Below, one piece after another: positions 14,601-27,799 of a stretch of DNA of 64,000 bases. The first letter of the stretch is position 1, and each line of letters starts with the position of its first letter. The position numbers and the translations under genes are program-made. The notes beneath the pieces are model-generated. The model saw only the letters and a list, made by a program, of their open reading frames with translations. It ran no database searches and was not told the DNA's origin. Source of the DNA: Guillardia theta CCMP2712 (lineage: Eukaryota > Protista > Cryptophyta); the NCBI RefSeq assembly GCF_000315625.1, contig NW_005434565.1:112374-176373 (forward strand). The letters run 5' to 3'.

Positions 14601-17600
14601 AATGTCTTCTGAGCCCACGAAGATGTTCTCCAGGTACATCCAGTATCTCTGCACCGTGAGGATCGACTCGACGGTCTCTGAGACCAGTGACAGCGTTTTC
14701 TCCCACTTCTCAAGCTCGGGGAGAAACGACAAGGCATACTTGGATGACTTCATGGTTGAAAGTGAGACCACGTTGTCCTCCAAGGCTGCAAACACTTCCT
14801 CCGTAGATCTCAACATCAAGTAGTCTTCCTTGTACTTGTGAATATCTAGCTTCATGACGTTCCAAGTGCTTTCCATGTTGTTGACTGCTTTCTCAATCAT
14901 CAACTCCTTGCTGGCAGAGTTCGAGATTGTACCGATCACCTCTGCAAAACTGGGAAGCTGTAGTTCCATCACCTTGTTCAGGGTGAAATCGTCATCGGAA
15001 GGCTCGAAAGTCTTGCCAATATGCTCCATCAGTTGTATCCAGTGACGATCACGAAGGGCCTCGTTCCTGAGGTCTTGGATGAGAGGCAGCGCTCTCTTGA
15101 ACTGGTCCACTTTCTCTCTCGTCTTTTCCCAGATGTCCCAGTTCTTCACCTCCTTCCCAATCCTCTGCAACTTCTTGTTGAACTTTGCTGCTGCCTCCTC
15201 CATTTCCTCTGTGTGAAGGTCCGTGAACCTTCCGTTCTTCCACAACTCCCACATTTCATTCCACTCCTTCACCAAATTCCAACACTGCTCCAATAGCTCC
15301 AGGTCCTTCTCCACCAGAGATATGTCTTTGTACACCGGTCTATCCAGACCAAACAAGTCAACTCCGGCCTGCATTTTGCTCTCACCTTCTCGGTCTGCCG
15401 ATGTCATTTGCTTCCAGTGTTGGATCTGACTGAAGGCCTTCTGCAAGTCAGTGTTGGGATCGAAAGGTCCTTCCGACAGAAACTTCTTCCTCTTGTTGGC
15501 GACATCAATCTTGAATTGTTCCAGGCTCTGAATCAGGTTGCCTTTCATCTTCTCTTTGCTGCTGTGAAGCGACCGCTCTGAGTCTGTTAGCATCGCCTTG
15601 AACTTGACAAACTCATTGGGAAGAGACTCCACTTGCTCTTTTTCTTCTTCGGGAATGATGATGTCAAATTTCTCCAACAGCTTGTAGTGATCGTACAAAG
15701 GCTCAAACCTTGCGCTGATAGAATCTGTTTCCTCCTGCAGCTTCTTACATTGTGAAATCAGTTCGGCCAGCTCATCCAGATTGGAAGGATGTGTCTGAAA
15801 CTTCTGCGTGTTTGAAAAGAAGAGATCTCGCAAGGCATTTAATTCTGATGTTGCATTGCTGTGAAGCAAGGAAGTGAACTTGTTCTGCCAACCAATGCAG
15901 TGGCCAACAATTGCTTGCTTCAATGGCGAGCAATCGATACAGATGAAGTTCATGTTGACTATTGTATCTTCGGCAAGTATGTCATTCTGCAGCTCTCTGT
16001 ATCGTTGAATGTCCTGCTCGAAGGTTGCCAAGGTGCGGTTTGCTTTGGCATACCTCCGGATGTATGCATCTTTGTCATAGTCCCACGTGTGCTTGTACTT
16101 CTCCCAGAACGTCAGGTACTTTTGAAGTTTATCCAGGCTTGAGCTCATTCCTCCCATCACGCTCACCATAATCTTGAGGATATCTTCGTCATTCGAGATC
16201 CGCGAGTAAAATGTCTCCTTTGAGTCATGGAGGTCCTTCAACTTGGGGATGATTGTCACCACTGTGATGAGCTCCTTGGAGACATTGTTCACCATTTGCG
16301 TTAAGTTGTTCATCGTGGGTTTAAACTCCACTCTCTCCCTCTCTAACGTCATGTTCACCTTGAAGATAGGGTGCACCTCAGTCTTGGCATCGCCGTTGAT
16401 TGCCTTCGATATTTCTTGCAAAGATTTCTTCACGGTTGTACGCAGGGCATCTTCAACCATCCGATCGATCTTGGAAACATACCTGTGCCATTCTCTCTGT
16501 ATTTCTTCCATGTCGTTGCTGAACATCTCGTAACTCTTTGAAATCAGGTTCTTGATCTCTTCATGCGCATTCTTCAATTTGTTCTTGACGTCAGAACGGT
16601 GTTCGTCTTGCACTTGTTCAAAGCTTCCTTCTTCATATATACGCTTGTTCTCTATCTTCACCAACAAGGTATCTGCAATCATGTTCCCAAGTTTCATGAT
16701 TTGATCATGATTGGACTTGAAGGTCAGAACGAGTCTATAGACTTCTTCACAATGTGTACGGCATTGTCTGCAGTAGTAGTCGACTATACCGCGGGAGGAC
16801 CAATGCATCTTAGTTATACCAGGGTTGATGATCCGTTTCAGGTTGTTGAGTTTCTCCTGGAATAATTTACGTTCTCCCTTGTCTGTAATAGACAGAATCT
16901 TGTTGAAATCTCGCACAACAAGCAGCACGTTCTCTCGGATCACCCTGAACTTTTCACGCTGAGAAGCCATCTCCATAGCCGTGTAGGGGATAGGAAACAC
17001 CAACTTCTCCCAGTACCGGACTTCTTGGAACAATCGGATCAAGTCCTTGTCGAAGTTCATCTCCAGGAAGCCTCCGGCCACCTGGACGAGAAGGTTTCGC
17101 TCCAGCTTGCTCGCGTAGTTCTCGTCGATGTTAGACGCCCAGTCCTGATAGTTCTTCTTGATATATTCATCGATCGCGCCGCTGAGCGCGTAAAAGTTCG
17201 ACTGAGCCTCTTCATGCTCTCTGCAGCTTCTCAGGTAGTAGGTCGAGTTCAAGACTGTCATCTGATCCTGCAACCTTTTCTGCAAGGACTTGGCCCATAC
17301 GGCTGAACCGGAATACTTGGGAATTCCCTGACTGATAGGAGGGGAAGAACGATTCTGATTGAACTCACGTCCTACCTTTGTCAGCTCATTGAAAAACAGT
17401 GAGTAAACAAACGACGATTTGTTCTGCACCGTCCTCTTGATTGCTTCGCGCTTTGCCATATGGTGGAATGCCTCTAGCATCCTCAGCCCCTGCTCTACGG
17501 TGGAGACTGTCTCGAACGCACTTGTGATAACGTTTTGCATCATCATCTCCAAATCCTTGACTCCAGATTTGAATACGTTGTAATCATCATGCCATTTGGT

Positions 17601-19670
17601 CGCCTTCACATCCAAAATATTATACTTGAGGTTTGAAAAGTTAGTGATGAGCTTCTTGAAACTCTGCTGAATCTTTGTAAGGTTTTTCGAGATTTCGTCT
17701 CCTTGCACGCCACTGAAGACAGGTATTTCTGATTCCTCCGAGGGGCTGAATTGATTTTGACTCTCACATACCTCCAGCAAGTCACGGCATCTCTGCATGA
17801 AGGCATCTATTTGTGCGAAGATGCGACTCTCGTCATAGTTCCATGCTTTTTCGGGATCGATTATCTTCATCCTTTCTACCATCTTGCGGTAGATTTCTTT
17901 CCAGTCGTCTCCTGACTTTATGCTTTCCTGCAAAACTTGGGAGGGTTCTTCTATTTTACCGTCGAAGATGTCTTTCAAGTTGATGTTTTCACAACAACGT
18001 AGAATGATCTCGTTGCTGACTTTTCTCAGCAACCCCATGATTCGCTCAGGCGTATGGTAGTACTTAGACAGAGACCATATCACGCGGATCAGATTCAAAA
18101 TCTCCGGGAGATGTTGTGAAATGTCTTTCGGCTTCGCGCTTGCCAGTTTGGTACAGGGATCGAAGAGGATTTGGAGGAACTTGAGGTTATCGCGAGCTTC
18201 TTCACTGCCATCCATGATCTCTTGCGCTAGGTCGCTGAACGGTTTCAAGTATGACGACTTTGCTTTCTCAAGGACCGAGCAGATCCGCTTCACATCTGAT
18301 CGTTCGAGCTGTGAGCTGATTCCACTCAAATCGTCTGAGCGGCTTTTCCAATGCTGTATCTCCGCTAGAGGGCCTCTGTCCTCGTGTTGAGCATCGCTGT
18401 GAGAGGCATCGGACCCAGCAATCACCTCTTTGATCTGCCTCGTCCAGTGAATCAGGTTTGTCTCCAGGCGCTGGACTAGCTCCTTGTCTTTCACGCAGGC
18501 ATCCAAGTCAGTCAGATCGTCTCTCGGCACGTACAGCACGGTGTTGCCATGGATCTGATGCGAGCTTTCAGTCAAGATTGCCATAAACTTGTGTATCTGT
18601 CCGCTGAATTCCTTTCTAAAGCTGCACGCACTTGTCAGGGGTGACAAACAAACGCTCGACTACAGACCTATCTGGCCATGTGCTGTTGGACGAAACCGCC
18701 GGCACGTAGATTCTGCTCATCAACTTCAACAGGCTCGGTATACTTTCAGGACCAAGACCGTTCAGCTTCCCTGCAACAATCAGCCAACATGTCAGTGCAA
18801 CATCGTTTGCTATCCCTGCACTCACCATACTGCACCATCCTCCATATGTTTTCTCTCGTTACTGGAGACCCGCTGGACCTCATGAAGTACATGGCATTTT
18901 TAGCTCCGGGAGGCGGCAGATATTCTGAAAGGACAAGATCCCCTTTGAGTTTATACGCAAACAACCTCGCGCTTCTATCGCTTGTCAGGAATTTAACTGT
19001 TTCTTTGCGAACCTCATCTTCCTGCCACCAGACAAACATCAGGGATTGCATGAAGCACAAGCGTCGCACTCACAAAACTCTGATCTTCAGCGCACACGTG
19101 GGATTCAATCAACCTATCCCTGATCCACTCTACGCACTGAAGCAAACGCATGCCTTCCAAAGCTGAATCTGAGGGATCCTGCTCCGAGGGAAGGTCGGCC
19201 AGGATCTCTCTTGTAGTTGCAGACGTGTTCTTTTTCACGCTGATTTCTGCAGTTGCTTCAATCGGAGAGGCCTTGATCGATGAGACCGCGATGGAGCCAT
19301 TCACATTTTCGTTCTTAGGGGAGGTTTCAGAGGCGGTTGGATCTTGTACATCAGTTCCATTTGGTGATGCTTGCTCTTGCTCTCCTTGACTTCCGCTTGC
19401 CTCTTGACTTGTTTCATTCTCAGCAGGTCTCTCAGGGCTCTCGCCATTCTCATTACTCTCTTCGATCTTTTCATTGTCAATCAGTTTTTCTTTGCTTCCA
19501 ACCGGTGTATCCGTATCGTTGTTCTGCGGAGAGACGTTCTCGGGGCTTTTCTTGCCTGAATTTGGATCGTCATGCTTGTCGTCTTGACCAAGTCCTTCCG
19601 CTTGCTCCTCTCCTTCCATGACCGTCGCTTCTACCCCCTTCTCCTCCTGCTCCTCCGCCTCCGTCGCCAT
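5697..19670 (-). CDS. DNAH2: Axonemal inner-arm dynein heavy chain, I1/f-beta type (DNAH2/DHC10)
   Basis: 4316-aa ORF plus three upstream exons (introns 19022-19073, 18771-18825, 18622-18667). P-loops GPAGTGKT, GRTKTGKT, GPVGCGKT, GVGGSGRQ; CFDEFNR; stalk coiled coil; C-terminal DHWIKRGTAMLL and N-terminal WPDSFRKEFSGQIHKFMA resemble DNAH2. Confidence 0.93.
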
Positions 19671-20280
19671 TCCAATCGGCCCGCGGGTACCAGGACTTCA
19701 GAGAAACACTCCAACTGCTAAAATTGTATATTGAAATTCGAAATGTGATAAGGATATATTCAAAATGAATACCCAACTCCAAGGTAACTAACGGTTGGGC
19801 TCCAATGCTCCATCACATTCACCCTCATCCCCCTCTAGCCCCGCCAAACCCACTGGGCCTGATTGGGGCCCGGTCTGCCCGGGCCCCGACTGAGACTCCG
19901 GGCCTCTTTGCTACCAGTGGTTTACTCAAAGTTAAGTGATCGGACGGACTTCCAGCCATTCACCGTGTAGTGACATAGTAATATTTACCCAAGGGGAAGT
20001 ATCCAGTACTATCTTTTCTCAACAAATTGCATACGAAGCCTGCGGAGGGAGAAAGGAGCATGTTGACCTATTGACTCTGGCGAGCAGGTAATGGACGGCC
20101 GTTTGGAGGGGACAAATCTGCACTTTCAGTGTTACAGGAGATCTACCAGCAGCTTTCTTTTACAAGTGACTCAACAGCTATGGATGCGTACATACGAGAT
20201 GGTGATACGTTGGAGTATTTTGGAGGAGTGAAAAGCAATGTTCATGAGGACATCTTGAGGCTCGGACCATAGTATGATAA

Positions 20281-20480
20281 ATAGCTTATGAAAAATATAA
20301 ATAGCATATGAAAAATGATATGGCATATCAATAGCATTTGAAAAATGATATGGCATATCAATAGCATATATGAAAAATGATATGGCATATCAATAGCATA
20401 TGAAAAATGATATGGCATATCAATATCATATGAAAAATGATATGGCATATCAATAGCATATGAAAAATGATATGGCATAT
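20281..20480. repeat. AT-rich 30-bp minisatellite (~6 copies of ATAGCATATGAAAAATGATATGGCATATCA)
   Basis: Head-to-tail copies start at 20301, 20331, 20361 (+2 nt), 20393, 20423 and 20453 (partial), with a degenerate copy at 20281. No spacers. Confidence 0.95.
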
Positions 20481-20759
20481 TCATTAAAAGTATTGCGGCA
20501 TAGTCACTGAGTAGCATACTAGTTCTGACTAACAAGAAAGCATTTGTGCCACTATACGCTGTGACTCAATGACCCCTTGCTAAGACATGACTGGAACAAC
20601 TTGTCAGTGGTATATCACGAGAGATATTTGTGATAATGAGCTAAATTGAAATCGAATGTCTGATGAGTCTTGAACACAATCAACGTAGAGCCTGACGCCA
20701 CTCGCGGCCTACAGCCTTGGATTCTACTTGGACGTACAAGAAAGGTTAAGTTATCATAT

Positions 20760-23700
20760 CTACTTTACTTCCGACAACAAGCTTGACGCCTCTGCGACCG
20801 CTGCGAGGACATCCGTCCAACCAGCGACCTGAAGCTTGAGGGCCTGCAATAGGTGAAGTCATCATGTGGAATTGCATACGAGCAACGCACTTTTCTGTAC
20901 AGGTCCTTGAACGCATCCTTGTTGCGATGACTGCTGGCTCCACCTCGTGCCGGTGCCGTCGTCGACAAATCTCGCAGCAGACTTCGAAGGTCGTCGAGGA
21001 CGTTCTCTCTCGCCGACTTGATGTCGTTGGTCAGCTGCTGACTGCCTGAAGGAAGTCTCCGAGCGATGGCAAGGGCGTCTAAAGATTCCTTCATCGCCTG
21101 CTCCTCCTGTCACTGCCCGACAGCACAGCTGCAGCAACTTCACCTGCAGGCTCCTGGGGTTGGAGAACCTCCTGCGAACAAGTTTGGAAAGCGAGGAGAC
21201 AGCAAGGAGGAACAAGGCTTCTCCTCCCTCCGCCTGCCCTGCTCGTCAGAGTGATACACGAGAGTACCTTCACCACCTCGCTGCCACAGATGTGCATGCA
21301 CTTTCTGAGCTGGTTCTCAGCTGCTTCAAACCGTGACTTGTGCACCCTGGATGCCGGGCTGCTTCCCAGCTCTCCTTGGCCCAGGTCGAGCGTCTTCAAG
21401 TAGAAAGAGCCGAGGGAGAGATGTGACCGGGCCACCCTCAGAGCTGGAGCCTGCTGCTGCTGCAGGAAGTCCAGGGCCCTGACCGCAGCTGTCACGTGAC
21501 CTCCTCTTCCGAGTAAAGTCACCTGGCCCTCAGGTCGACTATCAGCTGGGCGTCTTCTCTCGCCCCTTGATCGCTCCACCACTGAGCCGCCGCGTTCCCC
21601 GAAGGATCTTCACGTAGGATGTCCTTCTCGAGGAGGGAGGCCATCTCGTCCAGAGTCTCCGCTATCTCCCCCTGCCGAACCCTACGGTGAGCGTGACTGA
21701 CTCGAATGACTCTGACTCGCCTGTATGATCTTCCACACCATCGGATTCGTCTGCCTCGTCTTGAGCGCTTTGAACGCCAGTTCATACCTACGTCCCTGTC
21801 TCACTCTCCGCCACATCATCAGCCTGCCACCCACATCGGGATGGAGGACGCGAAGCAGGCGCGGGCAGGGCCCTGAAACCTTCCTCCGCCCTCTTGTCGC
21901 AGCATGGAGCTCCTGCCCTTGCAACATCAGTCGCTTTCATCTCCCGCTTCACCAGCACCTCCCCCTCATCAGCCGGCCGAGGTTGATGGCAACAACCGCT
22001 TGATTGTCCTCATCCCTGTTGACGTCCATCAGCAGCTATCGCGCTCAGTTCACGAGTTGACAACCCGACGGTTGTGAAGACGCTGAGCGCTTGCTTCCAG
22101 TTTGTCTCCGCCTGCAGGCGATCAGCACGAGGAGGAGGAGGAGGAGGAGGAGGAGGAGGAGGAGGAGGAGGAGGCTGGGGCACCTCGTCGACATTCATTT
22201 CGCTCCAGAAGATCTTAGCCATTTCGTTACGCGCGTGCCCGAGACGTCGCTGAATTAGCGTGAGAAGACAAGGAGGCAGGCGATCGCCTTCACCATGTGG
22301 ATCACAAAGTCGACGTAAGAGCCGTGAAAGGCGAAGTAGCTCGTGGCCTTCTCGTAGTGCCTCAGCGCCTGAAGGTCCGTCAGCTCCTCCGCCAACATGA
22401 GCGAAGCTCTGACATGTTGCAGCCGCGTGCTCTTGGGCATGGCAACGACGTCCTGTAGAGGAATGTAGGGTAGATGTTCACCGTGCACGTCGAGACCAAT
22501 CAGCTGCCCTCCTGATTCCAAATTGTTGGAAATTTCCTCCACATCTGGAATGGAGTGAGGGACAGAGGAGGCGGAAGACAGGAAGCGACTCTCTCAACAT
22601 CATCTCACCTTGTTCTGGAGCCTGGTCACTTTCCTTCTCCTCCTCCCCGTCATTGCTGCTCGTGTCTCCCGGGCTGCCGCTGTTGGGGGACGCGAAGAGG
22701 TCGCCGAGGAGGACGCTGAGGGGGAGGGTGAGACTGATGTAGGAGGGATGAACAAGGTCACCGTAGGCGGGCGAGAAAGAAGGCCTCGAGCGGCTTCAGC
22801 CTGTTGGCTGCCGGTGACTGGTGAGAAGAAGAGAGGAGGCGTTTCTCACTGCGAGTCCTTCGACGAGGTGATGGCACATTGGAAAGCGCGTCGGAGCATC
22901 AGAAATGCGCTGGGAGGGTGGGATGTCAGAACAGGAGTCAAACTGCACCTGGCGGCTGATCTCAGCTCACCTGTCAAACTGCCCTTTGGAGACGTGAACG
23001 TTGCAGAGGAAGACAAAGCACTCAAGGGCCTGTGGGTGGCAGGTGACTGGAAGGAAGAGAGGTCCCATCAACTCGCCTTCCTCTTCAGTCGGTATAGAAG
23101 CGATCCACCGCCTGCAAGGGTTTGGAGGACGTTGATGCCCCTGGTAAGGCAGAAAGGTCATTAGGAAGCAGGAAAATCATAGTCGTTCCATCATCACCTT
23201 GACAAGTGACCGACGGCGCACTGAGTATCGAATCGCTTGTCTGAGGAGGGGAGGACGAAGGTGTCTGCATGTAGCGCATGATAGCTCTCGACGCACCTTC
23301 GAAACTTCCTCTCAGAATGGGGTAGGAGAGGTGAGGGAGAGGTAGAGCCTTACCCCAGTCTTCTCGATCTCACTTTGCTGCTGATCTCCTTGTCATCCTT
23401 CATGTCGTCTTCGATGTCGATGGCAACATAAGTTTCTGCAATCCCTTCTTCCACGGTCGCAATGAGAAACCCGTGCTCCCTCTCGTCCAACAGTGAGGAA
23501 CAGTGCAGCAGAAGCTCTCTCCTCCTCGTGCGATGCTCCTGCTCCACTGCTTTAACTCGCACTGCATGTCTCTTCCCTTCCCCACCTGCTTCAGGCTTCC
23601 TGCAAGACTGATCCAACATGTGTCAGTGTCTGGAAGAATCATGGGAGAAGGATAGAGAGATTGAAGAAAAGGAGGAAAGAGGAGTTGCACTGGAAACGAC

Positions 23701-26700
23701 AAGTAGCAAGAGTGGAAGAGCAGAGGAGGAGGAGAAGGAGAAGAGCAATAGGCACGGGTAGGAGGAGGCTGCTCACCGAGCTGCCGCACGGAAGCACAAC
23801 ATGGCGACAGGGAATGCAAAGCGAGGAGGAACAGACTTGATATGACTGAAACTTTCATCCTTGCTGGCACCCATCGCTCGATTCATCGCCTCGAGATTGT
23901 ACAACTGCTCCTCGTCATCGCAAAGTCTCCTCCTCCCCTCGCCTGCTCCTGCCCTTGATCCTCCTGCTCTTCCTCGCTCCAGGCCCTGCTCCTCTCCTCC
24001 CCTCTCCTGCTCCTCCTGCTCCTGCTCCTCCTGCTCCTCTCCTCCTCTCGCCTGCTCCTGCTCCTCCTGCTCCTCCTGCTCCTCCTCTCTCCTGCTCCTG
24101 CCCTTGATCCTCCTGCTCTTCCTCGCTCCAGGCCCTGCTCCTCTCCTCCCCTCTCCTGCTCCTCCTGCTCCTCCTGCTCCTGCTCCTCTCCTCCTCTCGC
24201 CTGCTCCTGCTCCTCCTGCTCCTCCTCTCTCCTGCTCCTGCCCTTGATCCTCCTGCTCTTCCTCGCTCCAGGCCCTGCTCCTGCTCCTCCTGCTCCTCTC
24301 CTCCCCTCTCCTGCTCCTCCTGCTCCTGCTCCTCCTGCTCCTCTCCTCCTGCTCCTGCTCCTCCTGCTCCTCTCCTCCTCTCTCCTGCTCCTGCCCTTGA
24401 TCCTCCTGCTCTTCCTCGCTCCAGGTCCTGCGCCTGCTCCTCCTGCTCCTCTCCTCCTCTCGCCTGCTCCACCGCTCTCTCCTCCTGCTCCTCCTCTCTC
24501 CTGCTCCTCCTGAATGCTCACCTGGAGCTTGTCGTCTCCTTGCTCGCGGTAGAGCCAGTAGGTGGATGCCTGCCAGCATTTCAGCATTTGAGCATACGCG
24601 AGAGATTCTTGTGCTACCTCTCTGCTGCACTCTTGACGGAGCCATTTGAGGACTTGCGCTCCACTGCAGGATGCACGCGAAGGTCAGGGGGAGGAAGGAG
24701 ACGACGAGGAGCCAGGGGAGATGTGGGGGTGGCGGGGGTAGCGGAGGAGGAGGGCAAGACAGGTCACTTTTTCTCGACTCTCTCAGGGCTGAAGGCAAAG
24801 TGCGTCATCTCCGGAATATCCTGAAGAATTGTTACGAGTTGACTGAGAAGCTTCAGGTCTCTCACTTGAGTCCTTTTGAGCATGTACCCTTGCATGACAC
24901 AGTCTTTGTGCCAACAGATCATCACCTGCAAAATCATCGTCGTCAACATCGTTCCCCCCCCGCCCCCTCCCCACCACCAACACCAACACCACAATCATCG
25001 GCATCATGATCATCATCATCACCACCACCACCACCACCACCATCACTATCACTATCCTCGTCATCATCATCATATTCCACGTAGTCGCCGTCTTCATCCA
25101 TGGCTGAACATCCTCTCACACCTCAGGGACGGAAGCGATCACGTTGTCCAACCAGAGGTCAAGGTACGAGTGCAGGCTCATAACCTCAGGGTCCCTTACA
25201 TACAGCGACACACATGGATGTCCGCTCGACCCGAACACCTTGAGGGCCAAGTCAGCCAACCACCAGCAAAGTGTCTTCTCCTCCTTCTCCTCCTCCTCCT
25301 CCTCACCATCACGTCGGACCCCAGCAGCATCTGCATCCCTCCGAACCTCAGACGACACATGCGGAGAATGCTTCACACAAGGTGGTCAGAAGGAGGGAGG
25401 AGGGAGGGCTCGGAGTACCTCTCTTCCTGCTCCTCCTCCTCCTCGCTGCTGTCAGATTCTTCCACCTTGAGGTGAACCTTGCTCGCATTCACATCATGCG
25501 CTGGTGTTCGTGAATGCTGTTCCCCCTTCTCTTCCCCTTCCTCCTCCTTGGCATCTCGGAAGCTGTTGGTTTCCTTCCCGTCTCCTCTTTCATACACAGA
25601 TATCGCAAGGGGGCCCTGCCACTCCTGGTTGATGTTCTCCTCCTGCTGCTGCTCCAAACTCTCGCTTCTCCGGGAAGGGACCTGACAACACATCAGACGT
25701 TTACTTTTCAATCGATCACGGAGCATCGACCTGTCTCTTGCGGGCAGACGTGCTCCCAGGGCACTCCGGCTCCTCGTCTTCCCAAACCAGTTTCTCTGTC
25801 ATCTTCACGCTGTCGAGCCTCTCTGTCTCGCTGGCAGATAAGACCCTGTTGTACAACGCTCGCTGCAAGTTTCGGTTCTGCTTTGCTCTACCCGTGAACT
25901 TGTCAGAGCAAAGGAGCAGAGAATGGCAGTTGAGTTTCACCTCTTGGAACAAGATTTCTTGGGTTTCTTCCACGAGTTCTGGTCGGAAGCATCTGGAGGA
26001 CCTGGAGTTCCCTCTGCCAAAGTCAATGGTCAGGATTCGCGAGCAAGGAGCCTCCTGTCTTCTTCACCTTCCGCGCTGTGCTTGCTCATCCTTCCCACCG
26101 AGTCGATGAAGAGGGTCTCCCCGACCTGAAGAGGTTGAGGGGTGAGGGGAAGGAGAGGAGGCGAGGAGCAAACTTACCCTGTGGACGGCGAGGGAGACCT
26201 GATCATCCGAGTAGGGAAGTGAGAGGATTTGCTTCATGCTCCCTGCCATCCCCCGTTATGGTCGTGCACAACAAACATCCCTGTCGCTCTACCAGCCTGA
26301 GCGATGATCTCCAGGTCACCTTCTGCCTGCGAGAAAGAGCCGTCGTAGGTATCTCCACTGAAGTTGTTCACTGCTCTGTCATCTTTGTTCCTCTCTGCCT
26401 TCCAGCCCATGACCTCTCTGACCATGACTGCTCCAAACATTCAGCAACAGCATCGAATGACAAATGTACTCGTCTGCCGACTACCTTCAGGCCCTCTCTC
26501 CCCATACTTCTCCACCTTCCAACAAGACATCAGCTGCAACTGCAGCAGCGAGGATTCTCAAGAAAGATCTCACCTTGTTCGCCATCGACAGTTTCTCTGC
26601 GTCCTGAGAAACCCAAGACAAGCAAAGCGCCTGCTGGTTTCGCGAGTCTTCAGCCTGCAAGAGGCCATAACTCCCCTCTGCTGCAGCTTGCGAGATCGGC

Positions 26701-27503
26701 AGGGCAGAGAGATCAAGGTTTCTCCTCTGCAGAACGTTGGGAGAGCTCAACGCATCTCCTTCTGTTGAGTTCGCTCTCACGACATTCAAGGATAGAACGT
26801 TTTCCTCACCCGGCCTCCAGAACTTAGTCTGTTCGTTGGTGGAACCCCATGCCATGCTGGGGCTTTCGTAGTTGCCATGCTCGTCGTATCCCTGAGAAGA
26901 GGGTGAGGGCAGGAAGCAGACGATGAAGGGCACAGCACCACACACTTGCCTGCTGAATGCGAAAGGTGGAGACGGGAGGGACGAGCGGATGAGGGCGAGA
27001 GAAGAAGGAGAACGACATCCCAGCACTCGTTCGCTCCTCACCTCCCTGATCGCTCCTTTGGTGTTTTCAGACTCTCACGTACGAGTTGATGCTGGTAGAA
27101 AACTTCAGGGCTGCTGTCGTCGTTCAAGGCCTTCAATTCGATCACGAGGCCATCGGTTCGACCTCGATTGAATCCTTGGATGCTTGTTGGGCCAGCATCG
27201 CATTGCTTCGCTCTCACTCAACTCTAAACTCTAAATTCTAATCTCCCTCCTACGTCTGTTCCATTGAAGCTTCTCATCAGCACCCTTCTCTCGACCAACC
27301 AGACACCCAGCAGGTTTACTCCCCAATCCCTTGCTGCATTGCTTTCTTCGTACTGTTCGTCACAATAGCATCTTAGCTCTCACAGACGTTCGTCTTCCTT
27401 CTACCCATCTATCCTCAGCATCTGGCGACACCTCATTCCCCGTCCTGCCCATTCTTTCTCTCCTCCTGCCTTCTATCCGCCATTACACACTTACCTCGAG
27501 CAT
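20760..27503 (-). CDS. EDRF1: EDRF1 (erythroid differentiation-related factor 1)-like protein with TPR-like C-terminal region; many exons, 5' end uncertain
   Basis: Spliced exons match EDRF1 blocks: IIAQAG|SMKQILSLPYSDDQVSLAVHR|VGETLFID; VFGSSGHPCVSLYVRD...LDLWLDNVIASVPE|VMICWHKDCVMQGYMLKRT; TYWLYREQGDDKLQ|LYNL; RFAFPVAMLCFRAA. C-terminus KDLYRK|ALKL...EVK* ends at 20760. Confidence 0.75.
23930..24510. repeat. Intronic compound satellite (CTCCTG-based, four higher-order units)
   Basis: The anchor GCCCTTGATCCTCCTGCTCTTCCTCGCTCCAGG recurs at ~23951, 24100, 24240 and 24393 within the intron 23905-24521 of the EDRF1-like gene. Confidence 0.9.
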
Positions 27504-27799
27504 GGAAAATTCCTCAGTCAAGTTCTTGGTCATACAAACGTTTAGTTAATGATCAATTTCAGTCAAAAATTTAGTTGATGGATCAACTTGGGAAAAAGTA
27601 TCGACTTTGCCAGCCCACCTCAGGAGAATGATTGAACGAAAGAAGAGGCAGACAAATATTACTGCAAATCTAATTACCCAGAGCCAGCCTGGGTCTTTTG
27701 CTCTGAGGTGAGCTGCCTATCGCTGTCCCGTTCAGTGAGGGGATGAGGTTCCACCAATGCATGCGTTACGGCCCCAAAACTGATATTTGCGGTAGTAAA

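Noticed and set aside
6163-18390. Many + strand ORFs (up to 369 aa) opposite the dynein gene
   Set aside because: Antisense shadows of a GC3-rich coding frame with no recognisable motifs.
20281-20480. 30-bp repeats as a CRISPR array
   Set aside because: Units are contiguous with no unique spacers, there are no cas genes, and the context is eukaryotic.
23773-24798. RS/E-rich 341-aa ORF and overlapping ORFs
   Set aside because: Stop-free satellite inside an intron bounded by GT-AG within a conserved motif.
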